From assembly GCA_028534125.1 (NCBI GenBank), contig CM052832.1:23438001-23502000 (forward strand): a stretch of 64,000 nucleotides of DNA, written 5' to 3'. This DNA is from Lama glama. Taxonomy: Eukaryota. The translations under genes and the position numbers were made by a program. Below are positions 22,531 to 36,570 of the stretch, one piece after another (the stretch's first letter is position 1; each line of letters starts with the position of its first letter). Below the pieces are notes generated by a model that saw only the letters and a program-made list of their open reading frames with translations, did not search any database and was not told the origin of the DNA.

Positions 22531-23808
22531 AGTGGCCATTTCGGAATACATTACTAATTAATCATTTTGTTTGCTTTTTTTTTTTTTTTTTTTTTTTTTT
22601 GCCGTGCAGAGATAAATCTTAAGGGTCCTCACAACAGGCTCTCTGTAACTACAAAAAAATAACTGGAGTGATAAACAAGTTGAAACCCATTTATCATCTC
22701 TGCTCCAAGCCCTCATTTTAATATCATCCCGCTAGATCTCAGTGTTTTAGTAGCAAGAAGAGGCAAGGAGAGACGTGCCTAAGGAAAAGACATCAGAGAA
22801 AGAAGAGAGCAACTTGAATCTAAAGCCTTGAGCAAAGCCAATCTAAAGGTGGGAGACAGCCCTGAGCCAGTCAGCTGTGTAGGGGAAACCCATAACCTTG
22901 ACTGTGACCATTCATACCAGGATCCTCCAACTTTCCTTTAAGGAGACATGGACTAAAAATCTGGTTACCTGTGGTCTATTCCCAATACTTCTAAGAAAAG
23001 CTGCCTACATTAGGATGAGATCCTGGGTGCTTGCTTGGTCATTTATAAAACGACAGAAATGTACTCATAAAATTTCTAAGACTCATTCCTGGTCAAGTAT
23101 ATGATTTTGTGCACAGGAATCAGGCTGAGTGTAGATAAATTTGCTATTGGTGGCAGCAGCATTGTTATAATAAGAATTGGCTCTTGCCTTGTCTCTGTGA
23201 CCTAATCAGAAGCAGAGAAAAACATAACCGAACAGGAGATAAGAAGGGCAAATGGAGGTAAGATGGTGACACGATTATGGCCAAGTGACATATGTAAGGA
23301 TGGCAGGTGGGATAAGCAAGCAGTCTTACAGTTTCCATGTGCCAGACATTTCTGGTTCTTGGTTAGACAGTAAGTACCTAAATACTTGCTTCATTATAGG
23401 ACTTTGGTCGAAACCTTCAGTATCTTGAACATTGTTTCCGAATCTATCAAATGGACTGTATTTGTCAGAATTCTTTGGTTGTGATGTCAGAAACACAACA
23501 GAAAATAACTTATACAGCCACCCTAGGTTCACTTCAAGTGCAGGATAACAACTCCAGAGGGAAACAAGCTTCCGTCTCCAGGAGAGACTCTGAGTTGGGA
23601 AGATGGGCGTCACATACCATCCCTGAGACAATCACTGTGGCTGGTGGAATCCATTCACCCTTATAGTTCAGAAGGAGGGGACACCACTATTGACATCCCC
23701 ACTGGCACTGCATAGAGTTGGGTGGTTTTCTTCAAGAAAAGATACTGGTAAATATAAACATGTTTACTGTATAGACATAAGGTATTTCCTCTATCTCTGA
23801 ACCTCCAC

Positions 23809-26080
23809 TGTATTAGTTGTCTATTGCTGTATAACAAATTGCCACAAACTTTTTAAAAAATATATTTTTAATTGAAGTACAGTCAGTTACAATGTGTCAG
23901 TTTCTGGTGCACAGCACAATGTCCCAGTCATACATATACATACGGATATGTTTTCATATTCTTTTTCATTAAGGGTTATTAGAAGATATTGAATATAGAT
24001 TCCTGTGCTATACAGAAGACATTTTTAAATCTGTTTTTATATAGAGAGGCTAACATTTGCAAATCTTGAATTCCAAAATTTATCCCTTCCCACTCCTTTT
24101 CCCTCAGTAACCATAAGACTGTTTACTATGTCTGTGAGTCTGTTTCTTTTTTATAGATGAGTTCATTAGTACCCTTCTTTTTTCTTTTTTTAGATTCCAC
24201 GTATGAATGATATATGGCATTTTCCTTTCTCTTTCTGCCTTTCTTCACTTAGAATGACAATCTCTGTCTGTCCATGTTGCTGCAAATGGCATTATTTTAT
24301 TCTTTTTTATGGCTGAGTAGTATTCCATTGTATAAATATACCACAGCTTCTTTATCCAGTCATCTGTTGATGGACATTTAGGTTGCTTCCATGTCTTGGC
24401 TATTGTGTATAGTGCTGCTATGAACATTGGGGTGCATGTATCTTTTCTAATAGAGTTCCATCCAGATATATGCCCAGGAGTGGGATTGCTGGATCATATG
24501 GTAAGTCTATTTTTAGTTTTTTGAGGAGTCTCCATACTGTTTTCCATAATGGCTGCACCAAACTACATTCCCACCAGCAGTGCAAGAGGGTTCCCTTTTC
24601 TCCCGCATTTAGCATTCATGGACTTTTGAATGATGGCCATTCTGACTGGTGTGAGGTGGTGCCTCATTGTAGTTTTGATTTGCATTTCTCTGATAATTAG
24701 TGATATCGAACATTTTTTCATACGCCTATTGGCCATTTGTATATCTTCATTGGAGAATTGCTTGTTTAGGTAGGTCTTCTGCCCCTTTTTGGATTGGGTG
24801 GTGGTGGTGGTGGTTGTTGTTTGGTTATTAAGTTGTATGAGCTGTGTATATATTCTGGAAATTAACCTTTGTCAGTTGCATCATTTGCAAATATTTTCTC
24901 CCATTCCGTAGGTTGTTGTTTTGTTTTACTTATGGTTTCCTTTGTTGTGCAAAAGCTTTAAGTTTAATTAGGTCCCATTTGTTTATTTTACTTTTATTTC
25001 TATTGCTTGGGTAGACTGCCCTAGGGGAACATTGCTAAGATTTATGTCAGAGAATGTTTTGCCTGTATTTTCTTCTAAGAGGTTTATCGTGTCTTGTCTT
25101 GTATTTAAGTCTTTAAGCCATTTTGAGTTTATTTTTGTGTATGGTGTGAGGGAGTGTTCTAATTTCACTGATTTACGTGCCGCTCTCCAGTTTTCCCAAC
25201 ACCACTTGCTAAAGAGACTGTCTTTTCTCCATTGTATATTCTTGTCTCCTTTGTTGAAGATTAATTGACCATAGGTCTGTGGGTTTATTTCTGGGCTCTC
25301 TGTTCTGTTCCATTGATCCATATGTCTGTTTGTTTGCCAATCCATGCTGTTTTGATTACTGTAGCTCTGTAGTATTGTCTAAAGTCTGGGAGGGTTATTC
25401 CTCTAGCTTTTTTCTTTCTCTTCACTATTGCTTTGACAATTCTGGGTCTTTTGTGATTCCATATAAATTTTAGGATCATTTGTACTTTTTCTGTGAAAAA
25501 TTTCATGGGTAATTAACCAAAGACAAATTTATTATCCCACAGTTGTGTGTTAGGAGTCTGTGTACAGGCTAACTGGGTCCTCTGCTCAAGGTGTCACCAG
25601 GCTAAAATCAAGGTGCTGGTTGGACTTATTATCTGAGGCTTAGAGTCCTCTTTCATGATTATTCTGGTTGTTTGCAGTATTTACTTTTTTGCAGTTGTAG
25701 GGCTGGAGTCTCTGTTTTTTCTTGGCTGTTGGCTTGGACCTCTTTTAATTTCTAGAGCCACATTCAGTTGCTAACCAGGTGGATCCTTCCATAGGCAGGT
25801 CATAACATGGTAATTTGCTTTCATCCAGGTAAGCCAGAGTATCACTCTGATGCTTCACCTTCTTTTAAAAGGCTCGCCTGATTAGGCAAGGCTCACCCAA
25901 GATAGTCTCCCTTTTGATTAACTCAAAGCCAACAGGTTGGTAGCCTAATCATGGCAGTGATGTCCCATAATATTCGCTGGCCCCACCAACACTCAAGAGG
26001 GAGAGGATTATACAAAGTGTGTACACCAGGGGGTGGAAATCTTGACTGTCATCTTAGAATTCTGTCTTCAGTGAAAGCTA
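23809..26080. mobile_element. MLT1-family MaLR LTR split by an L1 insertion
   Basis: 5' piece tgtattagttgtctattgctgtataacaaattgccacaaac. The LTR resumes at about 25515 (aaatttattatcccacagtt..ggctaaaatcaaggtg..atcttagaattctg). Confidence 0.75.
23851..25512 (-). mobile_element. L1 fragment (about 1.7 kb) with a degraded ORF2 C-terminus
   Basis: Minus-strand ORFs give L1 ORF2 peptides ([67 protein letters not shown]) with frameshifts. Confidence 0.95.
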
Positions 26081-26919
26081 CTGAAAAAAAGAGACAAATA
26101 CTCAAACAGAAAGGCAGTAGAAAGGTCAACTGTGGATGAAATATTTCAGCAAATCTGTATGCCTGTAAAAAATGAGCAGTAAGTTCATAAGCTTTGCAGA
26201 ACCTCAGATAATCTCGGCGTTTAGGAGTGACATCAGCAAGATGCCAAATAAGACATCCCTTGCTCGTTATCCACCTTCCTCTCCCCCCAGTCAAAACAGC
26301 AACAATAATTTGGCATCCATTCATGGATGAAAGTGCCTTTGTGGATGCTTTTGGATCCAGGTAGGAGATTATGAAACTCAGTCCAGTCCAAAACCAAGTA
26401 GAGCCAAAACCAAGAAGGCAGGGTCACACCAGGCGGCTGAAGCATCAACCATGGTCCTGGCTAAAGAAACACATACTTCTGCTCTGTTGCTCCCTTTCCT
26501 CATCTCATGTCTATGGCTTCACCAGAGTTCCTAATATGTAATGACCTGAGGGGAAAAAATTCAAGAATGGTTTATAGATTATTTCACAGCACATGCTGGT
26601 ACCAGCTGGGCAGCTGCAGCATTATGGCCCCATTCAGAAGTGACCATGGAGGAGAGTGGGGAGGGGAAGGCCTCTGAGTGATCAGGGCATCAAATAGCAT
26701 CTCCAGTTGCTCACTTTGCCCAGAAAGAGAGATTTCCAGAGGGAGGGAACCTAACCACAGGTAATGGAAAGTGAGTGGGTGGCAAGAGAGTCCAAAACAA
26801 CCAAACAAATAGGAAACAAAATAGCCCAGACGAAACTAAAGCAATGCAAAGAACAGAAGAAAAATTAAAAAAAAAAACCCTAAAATTAATATTCCCAAGA
26901 GCAATAAGAAGAAACAAGA

Positions 26920-27420
26920 ACAGGATGCTAAAATATTAGAGAACAAAAGAAACAGGAACAGGATTCTAAGAAAAGAGAACAAAATTCAAGAAAGACTCCT
27001 TGGAAATAAAAAGTCAATAGGCTAAATTAAATAGGCTAAAGAAATTTTAAAATTCTGTAGAAATGCTGAATAATAATGTTGATGGAAATTTCCCAGGATA
27101 TAGAACAAGATGGAAAATAAGAGTGAAAAATCAAGAAAATTAAAGAACCGTGTCGGAAGGCCCCAAATTCAGCTAAGAGAATTCACAGAGAGAATAAAGA
27201 AAACAGAAAAGAGAAGATTATCAGTGACATAATAAAGAAATGTTTCAGAACTGCAAGATATAAATTCCCAGTTTTAAGGGGACTACAGAAGCCCAACATA
27301 ATAATGAAGATGATGACGAAGATGATGACGATGACGATGACAGTAATAATCACAACAACAATAACAGTAAGGCCAATAACGTCATCATGAATTTTCTGAA
27401 AACCGAGGATAAAGGGAGGA
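26920..27420 (+). mobile_element. Ancient L1 ORF1-region relic with an embedded (GAT/GAC/AAT) trinucleotide tract
   Basis: A-rich sequence with L1 ORF1-like phrases (aattcagctaagagaattcacagagagaataaag, aagaaatgtttcagaactg). Simple repeat at about 27298-27370. Confidence 0.5.
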
Positions 27421-28245
27421 TTTAGTTGATTTTGGATAATCATCTTCAAAGATGCTCCTCGCTGGGAATTGAAATGATTGTGTGCATGTTTGCTGCAAAT
27501 GCTCTCATTTCTTATTGAAAGTCATTATTATTTTGCCCTTTGAATGCTGCTTACCATAAAATAATGAGCCAAATCTTTTTTTCTTTTTTTTTCCCCCAGC
27601 AGAAAATTGCCAAAGAAAGACTCAGGGACTCATTCACAGAACAGAATTCTTAAAGGTTTGCGGTCCTGTTGCATGTTAGGGTTGGCTAACGCAGGTAACA
27701 AGCCTCAGCCAAGTGATGCTTTTAAATTCATAACTCAGTTGGAATATAAATGTGTCTTTCTTTTGAAAGGCTATTTTTCACCCCTCTAATGAAAAAGCTA
27801 GGGAATATTGCTATCAATTTTTCCTTTCCTCCCCAAGCGAATAGCATTCCTCTGCCTTGAACAGATGGGGCCCTGTGTGATAAATAGCCCAGTGTTTCAG
27901 TCCAGCAGCGGATGGCACTGACATCTTGTCCCCAGTGTTTGTAAGCTGGGCTGTCCCTCTGCTTTCATTTCCTTTGACGAGACTGGAGCAGTGTTTAGGA
28001 ACTAATAAACGGCAGGGGTTAGTTCCAGCCATCCCACATTCCAGCCATTCTTTAGGATAAAGATGAGAAGGGTGAATGCCTTCTAGGAAGGATTCTGGAG
28101 AGGGTGGGAGGTGCGGAGGAGGAAAGAGAGGGGGGCCCCTCATGCCTGCGCTGCCTTAGTGCTCACTGTATTAACAGCACAGGCACTGACTGCTGTGGTT
28201 AATTGCTATTCACAGAGGATTCCGCTAGGTTTCCATTTACAGAGG

Positions 28246-28318
28246 ACACACACACACAGGCAGACTACACACACACACACACACATACACACAATACACA
28301 CGCACACACAAACACACA
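28246..28318 (+). repeat. Interrupted (CA)n microsatellite
   Basis: Direct reading of the sequence. Confidence 0.95.
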
Positions 28319-29809
28319 TGCCTCTATTCCTACTCCTCCAACTGTCTCCTGATTGGCTTCCTTCGAAGTCCTCAGACTCTGCATCATGACTATAAAGAAT
28401 GTGGATCATCCCTGAATGAGAAAATCACCCGACGTTCTTAAGGAACATCAGACAGAGTGTCTGCTCTTCTAATGATTTCAGCTGCTCTGGATGAAGCTTA
28501 GAATGTGATTAACGTTGCATCAAAGTGCCCTTTGTCACACTCTCGCAGGTAAGGGCAGACTGCAGCGGCTACCTTCTGAAGGAGAAGGGATATATAAATA
28601 AACTAAGTGACAGTAAAGGGTGGAAAGAGCAAATTCATTCTGGAGCAGAGGGACAAGTGGACATTTCCAAATCTGCAACTTATTCCTGTGATGTTGAACA
28701 TTCTTCATAGTTATTGTGGGCTGGTTCAAAACCAATGACATTTGCATATTTCTGCATAGAATCACCTTTGGGTACGATTTTCCTTTCTGCCTCTGATGCT
28801 CATTTATAAACACTCCATGTAATGAGGACCAGTTGCCAAGTGCTTAATGTACACGATGTCTGTAAACAGTCAACCTCAACAAATCTTTCTTGGGTTCCTA
28901 ATGATTGTCAGATAGACCGTGAATGCTGTGTGCAGGGGACTCTTTGCCCTCAAGGAGCTGCCGTGTTAAAGGTCATTTAACACGCCTCATGAGTGTGGAA
29001 TCCAAGTTGCATGCGGTCAGAAGTGCATACAGTTGGGAAGAAGGGCTCTTTAAGAAAGAGCATATAAACTGACTATGCCAAATATCCATTTAGAATTGAA
29101 TACAGAAATTACAACAAATTGTAAAAGAGGCCCATCTAAGTGAAAGACCCATCTAAGCTTTAAGTTTCTAATGTTTCAGAGTAAATCCTCTGATGGGAAG
29201 GTAGGTAGTATCTTAGCTCAGTTTTATGGAAGAGAAAAACTGATGTGCCACGAGTCCATGTCTGATATGGGGTCAGTAAGTCAAAGAATCCAATTGCTTG
29301 TCAATCCAAGAAAGTTGAATCAATGACCAGAGGGTATCCGGGTGGAAACAGCTTTTCCTCAGCCAAGGAATGGCTCCAATTTTGCTGGCAGGAAAAACGA
29401 AAGGCTGCCCAGACATCTCTGTTTCCATCCAAACCAGGGGACAATTTGCCCCTCAAAACATTTATTACAATGTTAGGTCTCATTTTTCTTGGGGTTCGGG
29501 TCCTTGCAATTTGGATACTTCTGACTTTCACTGTGGTTGGGCCTGGCTTAAAATTCCATATCTGGCGTGCTGTGACTCACCTGTGCAATAAAGAAGATGA
29601 ACCAAACTTTTCTTGAGAGCCTTAGATCTACAGGACACGCATCAGCACTGTGAAAAAGAAACGTGACGCGTTAGCGGGGAAACGCTGAATGAATGGAAGT
29701 GGAAACTGATTTCCTTAGTACTGGTCTCTGCAGGGGCCTTATTTTGCTCATGTGCTTAGATGCCCTCCAAGAGGGAAAGAGAGCCTGCAGCCTCCCCCAA
29801 ACTTATTCT

Positions 29810-29892
29810 AGTTATTTGGCAAGGATTTACTGAGTGCCTACTATGTGCCAGGCACTGCTCTAGATGCTGGGGACACAGCGGTGAATGAATGA
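29810..29892. mobile_element. L2 3' end fragment
   Basis: tttactgagtgcctactatgtgccaggcactgctctagatgctggggacacagcggtgaa. Confidence 0.8.
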
Positions 29893-30324
29893 CTTGACAC
29901 ACAGCCTCTTTCCTTTCCAGAGCACCAGGCAAGACCAGCGTTTCATGACCCCACCTCGGGGAAGACTAGGCTGAATATTCTAAGTTCCTTCCATTTCTAA
30001 CATTCTGTGAACAACGATAAGCAGACATTTTGGCCACCCTAACTCTGGACAATGTTCTACCTATGGTCTCAGCCCTGCCCCATTTTTAAGCCTTAGTTTA
30101 GGAGGTGCCTGTTTCCACAAAATGAAGCTCAAATATCCCTTTAGTTTTTGGCCCCCACCCACATGTCCAGTCTCATCTCCTATGTTCTGTTGTGTTCTAG
30201 TCACACTAAAGTTCTTCATGTTTCCAAATGATCCAGCCTCCTTGTGCCTCTGGGCCTTAACATATATATGAACTCTGTAGAACAGCCTCCTTTACCTTGT
30301 CCACTTGGTGAGTCTCAATTCACT

Positions 30325-30942
30325 TTTCATTGAAGTAAAATTCACGTAAGATTAACCATTAAAAAGTATACAATTTGGTGGCATTTAGTACATTCACAGT
30401 GTTGTACAACCACCTCTTCTATCTGGTTCTGGAACACTTTTATCATCCCCAAAAGAATCCCCAAATGTATTAAGCAGACGCTCTCCTTTTTCCCCCTCCC
30501 CTCTGCGCCTGGAACCACTAAGCTGCTTTCCATCTGTATTCTGGACATTTTATGGAAATGAATATGCCACATACAATATGTGGCATTTTGTGACTGACTC
30601 CTATCAATCAGCATGATTTCAAGAGTCATCCACGTTGTAGCACGTGTTAGCCCTTCATTCCTTTTACAGCCGAATAATATTCCATTGTATGGGTATACCA
30701 CACTTTGTGCATAGACATTTGGGCTGTTTCCACTTTCTGGTTATTATGAATAATGCTGCTGTGGACATTCAGGTACAGGTTTTTGTGTAGACATCAATTC
30801 TCCTTGGTATATACCTAGGAGTGGAATTTCTAGGTATAGTGGTAATTCTGTTTAACTTTTTGAGGAACTGCCAAATGTTTTCCACAATGGCCACCCCATT
30901 TTACATTCCCACCAGCAGTGTATGAGGTTTCCAGTTTCTCTC
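30325..30942 (-). mobile_element. Old L1 (L1MB/MC-like) 3' fragment
   Basis: attgaagtaaaattcacgtaag..ggcatttagtacattcacagtgttgtacaacc..ttacattcccaccagcagtgtatgagg. Confidence 0.85.
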
Positions 30943-31669
30943 TGTTCATTTTTTAAGACTCAGCTCAAGCTTCATGTCCATTATAAAGCTCATCATAGCA
31001 TCTTTTGATTCTTTGCACTGGTCACTCCCTATTTCTGTATCTGTCTCCCACATCTGAGATCTCCTTAGGTGTTATACAACGACTTCCTGCTATTTATATT
31101 CCCAGGATTAAGCATGGTGTCCAGCCTTCAATCAAAAATTGATGAAGAAATGAATGAATGAACTCTCAGGAAATATTAAAAATTTGTTTTTCAATGTTTA
31201 ACCAGTATCTGGTATGGGGCAATGTCTTGGTATCTTCTGCTACCTCTCCCTAACCCCTGCCTTTCTTATCCAGTCTGTAAACCTGGGTAGTTTTGCCCTA
31301 GCCTCCTGATTAATTCTCCAGTTTGCTCTTGAGACTGAAGCCTGCCTGAATTTCAGTCCTCTTGTCTTACTCCTGAAAACTTTACCCAGCCACCACCATC
31401 CACCCTAGGGAGTGAGCCCTGTCCCAGAGCTTCCAGTCACTGTCTGGGGTCCTGCTCTAAACCTCACAGGTCACCCTGCAAGCAGACCTGTCACTTATTA
31501 AAAACCCTGTAACACTGGTCACCCTGGCTCAAGCTTCTTCCCCCCACATCAGATACAGATATTGCACTGCTCTGCACTCAAATGGCCAAAACTTTCAGAA
31601 CACCCCCTGCAGGGCTATTAGTGGAGGGCTATCACAAAGGACAAACCTTAGAGCCTCATTCACAGGCTT

Positions 31670-31870
31670 ATCTTTCATCCCATTCCTTATTCTCATCCTT
31701 CTCCCTTCTCTTCTGCTTCCTTTTCTCCCTCCTCTTCCCTCTTCTTGGTTCCTCCTTTTCCTTCAATTCCTTCTCTTTTACTTCTTCCACTTCCCACTCC
31801 TCTACCCACTTCGTCCTCCTTTTTCTCCATTTCTTTCTTCTCTCCTTCCTCATCACCTCCTCATCCTCTG
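31670..31870 (+). repeat. Polypyrimidine (CT-rich) low-complexity tract
   Basis: About 200 nt that are almost entirely C/T. Confidence 0.85.
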
Positions 31871-34354
31871 AAGCCCTTTGTGTGCCTTATGTTCTGATAA
31901 CCCAACTTGTGACAATCTTAGATTGTTCCATGAGTTCTGCCACTAATAAGGACAGACTCTTCCTGATGATGGGGATGATGATCGTGATCCTATGTCTCCT
32001 CCTCACAGGTACCATCTATAATCCTTACAAAGCTCTCCCTGAGCCTGAGAAGGGACGTGTAACTTGCCCAAGGCCCCACAGTTGGAGAAATGGATCTGAG
32101 ATTTCAACCCATGTCTGTCTGGATCTAACACCCATCCTTGTTAGACCCCACTGCTTTAGTTCCCCTGATAGGAATTTCTTTGCTGCTAATAGCACAACCT
32201 CCTCCTGATTCCAATAGAACTCTGATTTTTCTCAAAAAGAAACTGCCAGTAAGCCTGGTTAATACCTCACACATGACATTCTTACCCTCAGAGCCTCCTC
32301 AGTCAAGACAGAGCAGCCCTCTCTAAGCCTTTTGACTGTCCTGTGTGTTGCTCCTTCTTAAGTCTTGCTAATTTGAACCGCTCATTGGCCCTTTATTATA
32401 TTCTCCTTTATATTTGATAGCAACACATAATGATTTAGTTTTTAAAATATATGTCATATGCTATTTATACCAGTAAACCTGCAACTCTGTTCTATTTTTT
32501 GGAGGACTATTTGGCTACCTATAAAAAGTCATTAAAATATTTATATTATTTGATTTACTAGAACTATTCTTGGGAATTGATCACAAGGGAAATATGTTTT
32601 GAAAAAGCAACATCTAGTGATGTTTAGAGTGGCATTAATAAGACATTTAAAAAAATCAATGACCACCCCCCCTCCCCGAAAACCTAGATGTTTAACAGCT
32701 GGGAGTGATGAAGTAAATTACATATGAATGATGGGACATTACGCAGCTACTGAAAAGAAAAAGTGTGATGGTTACGTCTTAACACTGAAATGAGTGAAAG
32801 AAGTAGCATGCAATTCCATATACACCACGATCCAACTGTGTGACCGCGACATGCATATGTCAATACAGATTAGCATGCATTTCACAGTTTTAACATAGAT
32901 GCACAGTTAAAGTGGTGTGAGAATGGGTGGAGATTTTCCCCCTTTTTTATTAGAATTTCTTTGCTGCAACCTTTTTAAACTGATGAAATGGTGGATGGTG
33001 GAAGTTCTGAGACAGTTTTAGGTGTTTTCATTAATACTCAAGTTCATCTGTAGGTGGCAATGGCTTTTCTCTGTGCACTCCATTGAGCAGGGCCAGTCTC
33101 GGGCATGACAGCACTGGCTCACAACAGGCCCCATATCTAGGGTAACCTGCTAGAGAATTTAGTTTGGGATGAGTATACATCCCATTGACACTGCAGTATG
33201 AATGGCCAGGAAACAAGAAAATGGGATTGAGTGGCACATCATTTTAGCTAGAGTACCACGCTGGGATGGTCTGTAAACAGACAGAAACCTGAGGCAAACC
33301 TGGTAAAAATTCAGGCTCTCTGGAAAAATTGGAGATTGTGTAATTTTCTCCTCCCTAAATTCTTTCTCATATTAACCCCTCCCAGATAGATGTTGCTCAG
33401 GTACATTCTCCTTTGCACAGTGAAAGAGGCAGGAATTTTTAATGGTGATAAATGTCTGTAACTGACATACTAGGATTCAAATACTACGTGTTCATCAGAG
33501 CTGTGAAGTAAACTACTTAAACAGTCTTTGTCCCACAAACACTTCATCAGCAATGAAATGGACATGACTGATCTAGCCCCAAAGACACTCAGAGGGAAGG
33601 CTCACCTGCAGAAGTCATCTCGGAGGCATTCCAGAACGATTGCGCATCCTACACTCCACAGCATGAAAGGGTTTGGTCAGGCTGGGAGTCAGCAGCTCTC
33701 CTGTGAGCATTTCATGTTTGGAAACTAATAACACTCTCCTGGAACTCAGAGAAAGGATTAATGACTGAGCTTTAACCTTCAGATAACACTTGGTTTCTTT
33801 ATAAAATCCAAATCCTTGAAGATGGAAAAGAGGAAGCATGTTTGCAATTAAGTCATAGCTTTGGGAACACTGAACATCTTTTCAAAAGGCAGGATGGGTG
33901 GATATTTAGCTAAATTCAAGGGTGTGTTTATTCATCATTGGGTGGATCAAGATGATGCATTAGTGCTGCTTCACCTACAGACACCAGGGTGATCTCAGCC
34001 CCTAGGAACAGCTGTTCTCTGGGTACAGACCCTATGAAACCCAGGTTGAAATTACTTCTTGTATTATTAGTCAGGCAATTGTTTTTAAGATGAATATTCC
34101 ATTCATCCTCGCTATATGAGCACTCAAGTCTGAAAGTCCTAACTTACTGACATACAGATTTAATAATCTCTGACTGCATCTCTGTAGTTCAGAGGCAGGA
34201 TACTGTGCTCAACTGAGAAAAAGATCTATTCCTAATGCACAACCAGAGACTGAAGCCGGTGGCCAAGAGCAAGGATCCAACATATAACCACAATTATGAT
34301 GGGAATGTAGAAGTACCAATAAATACATTTAATGGCTACAAGAACAGGAAGCTT

Positions 34355-34790
34355 GTGTCAGTGCAGGTCCTGCAAGAGTCAGATGTCGAAATGGCATTAA
34401 ATGTGCAAGGATTTTAATAGGAAAAATTTGTGTGTGAGAGAAAATGGGGAGAAAGCTGCATTAGTCTGGGAGGACTGTCAGATTGTCATGCACATCTGAC
34501 TTAAATGAAGGCACGAAGGAAGAAAGATTGGGTAGAAGGGTCCTTGACTGCTGTACAATTAAAGGAAGGCTCTGCAAGGCCACTGGGTAATCCAAAAGCC
34601 AGAGTCAGCTGTTTCTTGCAAACAGCCTGCCTTAGCATCTTTGCCTCCTTCAGTCGCCGCCGACAGCCCTGGGGAGGCAGCCCCTCAGCACATGCACTTC
34701 AGTGGATTTCAGAGCACAGGGCTGGGATCCTTGGTCAATTACACTCCCCAGGGTTGGAGTTCTATAAAGCAAAGTCTCAGGGCTGTCTCA
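34355..34790. mobile_element. ERVL LTR relic (LTR33/LTR16 class)
   Basis: tgtgtcagtgcaggtcctgcaagagtcagatg..gaaagattgggtagaagggtccttgactgc. Resembles the element at about 35990. Confidence 0.5.
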
Positions 34791-35319
34791 AAGTTGCCTA
34801 CAAACCAACCCCCCACGAGTACTGACAAAAGGGTGGTTTGGGTGAGAATATAGACTAAGTGAATATAGGTAGCTGATGAAAAACAACAAAAAACAAAAAA
34901 CAAAACCAAGAACCAGTCTTTGGGAGCAAGTAAGAAGGTGAACAGAGAAACAGCAGAATCAATTTCTTACCTTAACTATGAGCGCAGTCCACTAATATCC
35001 TAACTTGACCCACAAAAACAAGCAAAATTGATACTCGTCAGCTATTTTGCTACAGAAAGGTCAACATTCATTGACTAATACTGATAGCAGTTATGGTTTG
35101 GACTTCAGCCGCAAATGATGAAGAAGACTGGATTTAAGCAGATGTAGGATTTTACAATATTTTCCCCAAAGAACAACTGATCTGTTGGATATATTGCTCT
35201 GGATGGAGTTTGAATAAATTCATACTGGAATCTTGGATATCTGCCTGTTTGTGTTTTAAATAATACTAGACTAATAAAATACAGGCCAAAGCATCTCTCT
35301 GAGACAGATAAGTCAAATT

Positions 35320-36570
35320 AAATGAAACATACAGAAAAAGACCCAAGTGCAAATGGAAATTTACTACATGATAAAGTTGGCATTTCTAATTAGTAGGAAA
35401 AAGATAATTTGATAAATTGTGTTGGAACAACTGGTATCCATCTGGAAAAAATTGTTGGGATTCTTACCTAATATGCTATACTGGAATAAATTCAAGAAGG
35501 ACTAAAGATTTAAATGTTAAAAATAAAATAAAAGTACTGATGGGAGAATTAAAAAATCCTCTCTGATTGGCAAAGGACTTTTAAAATGTGAAACAAAACC
35601 CAGATGCCATGAAAAAAATAGGAATATTAATTTTACATAAAATAAGTAGCTTTTGCATGGGGAAAAAAACACCTTAAACAAAAACAGAAGACACAAGCTG
35701 TAAAAAATATTTTTTGTGGTTTATTTTACAAATAAATTTCCCTAAAATGTAAAGAGATCCTGTAAGTCAGTAAGAAAGACCATTAACCCAATAGAAAAAT
35801 GGGCAAAGGAGATGAAGAGACATCTTATGAAAAAAAAATATATAAATGGTCCTTCAATAAATAAACATGCCCAACTTCAGTCATTAATAAGAAAAATGCA
35901 AGTTCAAATTATGCTAAAAAAGTGAAAAAGAATTTTTGGAAATGCTCATTTTTTAACCCGTCATACTGGCAGAGAAGAACAACATGCTGCATTAGTGCTG
36001 GTCTTCTGAGAAGCAGGGACCAAAATGGGATTAGGAGAATTCCACTGATGGCAAAAGGAAAGCTGGAGGAGGCAGAGAGAACCTTAGCCAATGATGCAGG
36101 AAGGTGAGAGGGAAGGAGGAGGAAGGATTGGATAGGGAGAGTCTCAGGCTGCGGCACAGCTCTAACAGAGTTTGGCCAGGCTGATGGAGAGTCCTTGAGC
36201 TGAACACCTATAGAGGAATCCCACATGTTGCAGGAACAAACCTTCCTTATGGTCCTGGCCACACTGAGCCGCTCGCCGGCTGGGAGGAGCCGTGGGAAGC
36301 CTGGCCTCAGCGCGTGCGCAGTGGTGGATTCCGAAGACGCCAATAATTACATTTTCCGCAGGGCAAAGTCTGAGTGATGAGTTTTCAAAACCATCATACA
36401 TCCTCTGTAGCAAAGTCAGAGGGAAACAGGCATTCTCCTACACTGCTGATGGGAGCGTAACTTGGTTTAACCTCTATAGAGGGCAATTCACAGCACCTCT
36501 CAAAATTTTAAACGTACAACCCGTTTGACCCAGCAATCCTAGAAATTTTTCATAGAGACATATGTGCCCA
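35320..36570 (+). mobile_element. Ancient L1 ORF2 relic interrupted by an LTR33-class element (about 35990-36370)
   Basis: ataaattgtgttggaacaactgg, aacccaatagaaaaatgggcaaaggagatgaagagaca, tacactgctgatgggagcgtaacttgg, tttgacccagcaatcc. Confidence 0.7.

Noticed and set aside
24245..25506. Reverse-transcriptase-family peptides as a gene or novel retro-system
   Set aside because: Frameshifted, truncated L1 ORF2 C-terminal remnants.
31582..32208. 208-aa hydrophobic ORF resembling a membrane protein
   Set aside because: Produced by a CT-rich low-complexity tract plus MIR-like sequence, with no homology or splice support.
34355..36370. Two related LTR relics 1.6 kb apart as a provirus
   Set aside because: The copies are highly diverged and the sequence between them is L1-derived. 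The second LTR sits within the L1, so these are independent solo LTRs.
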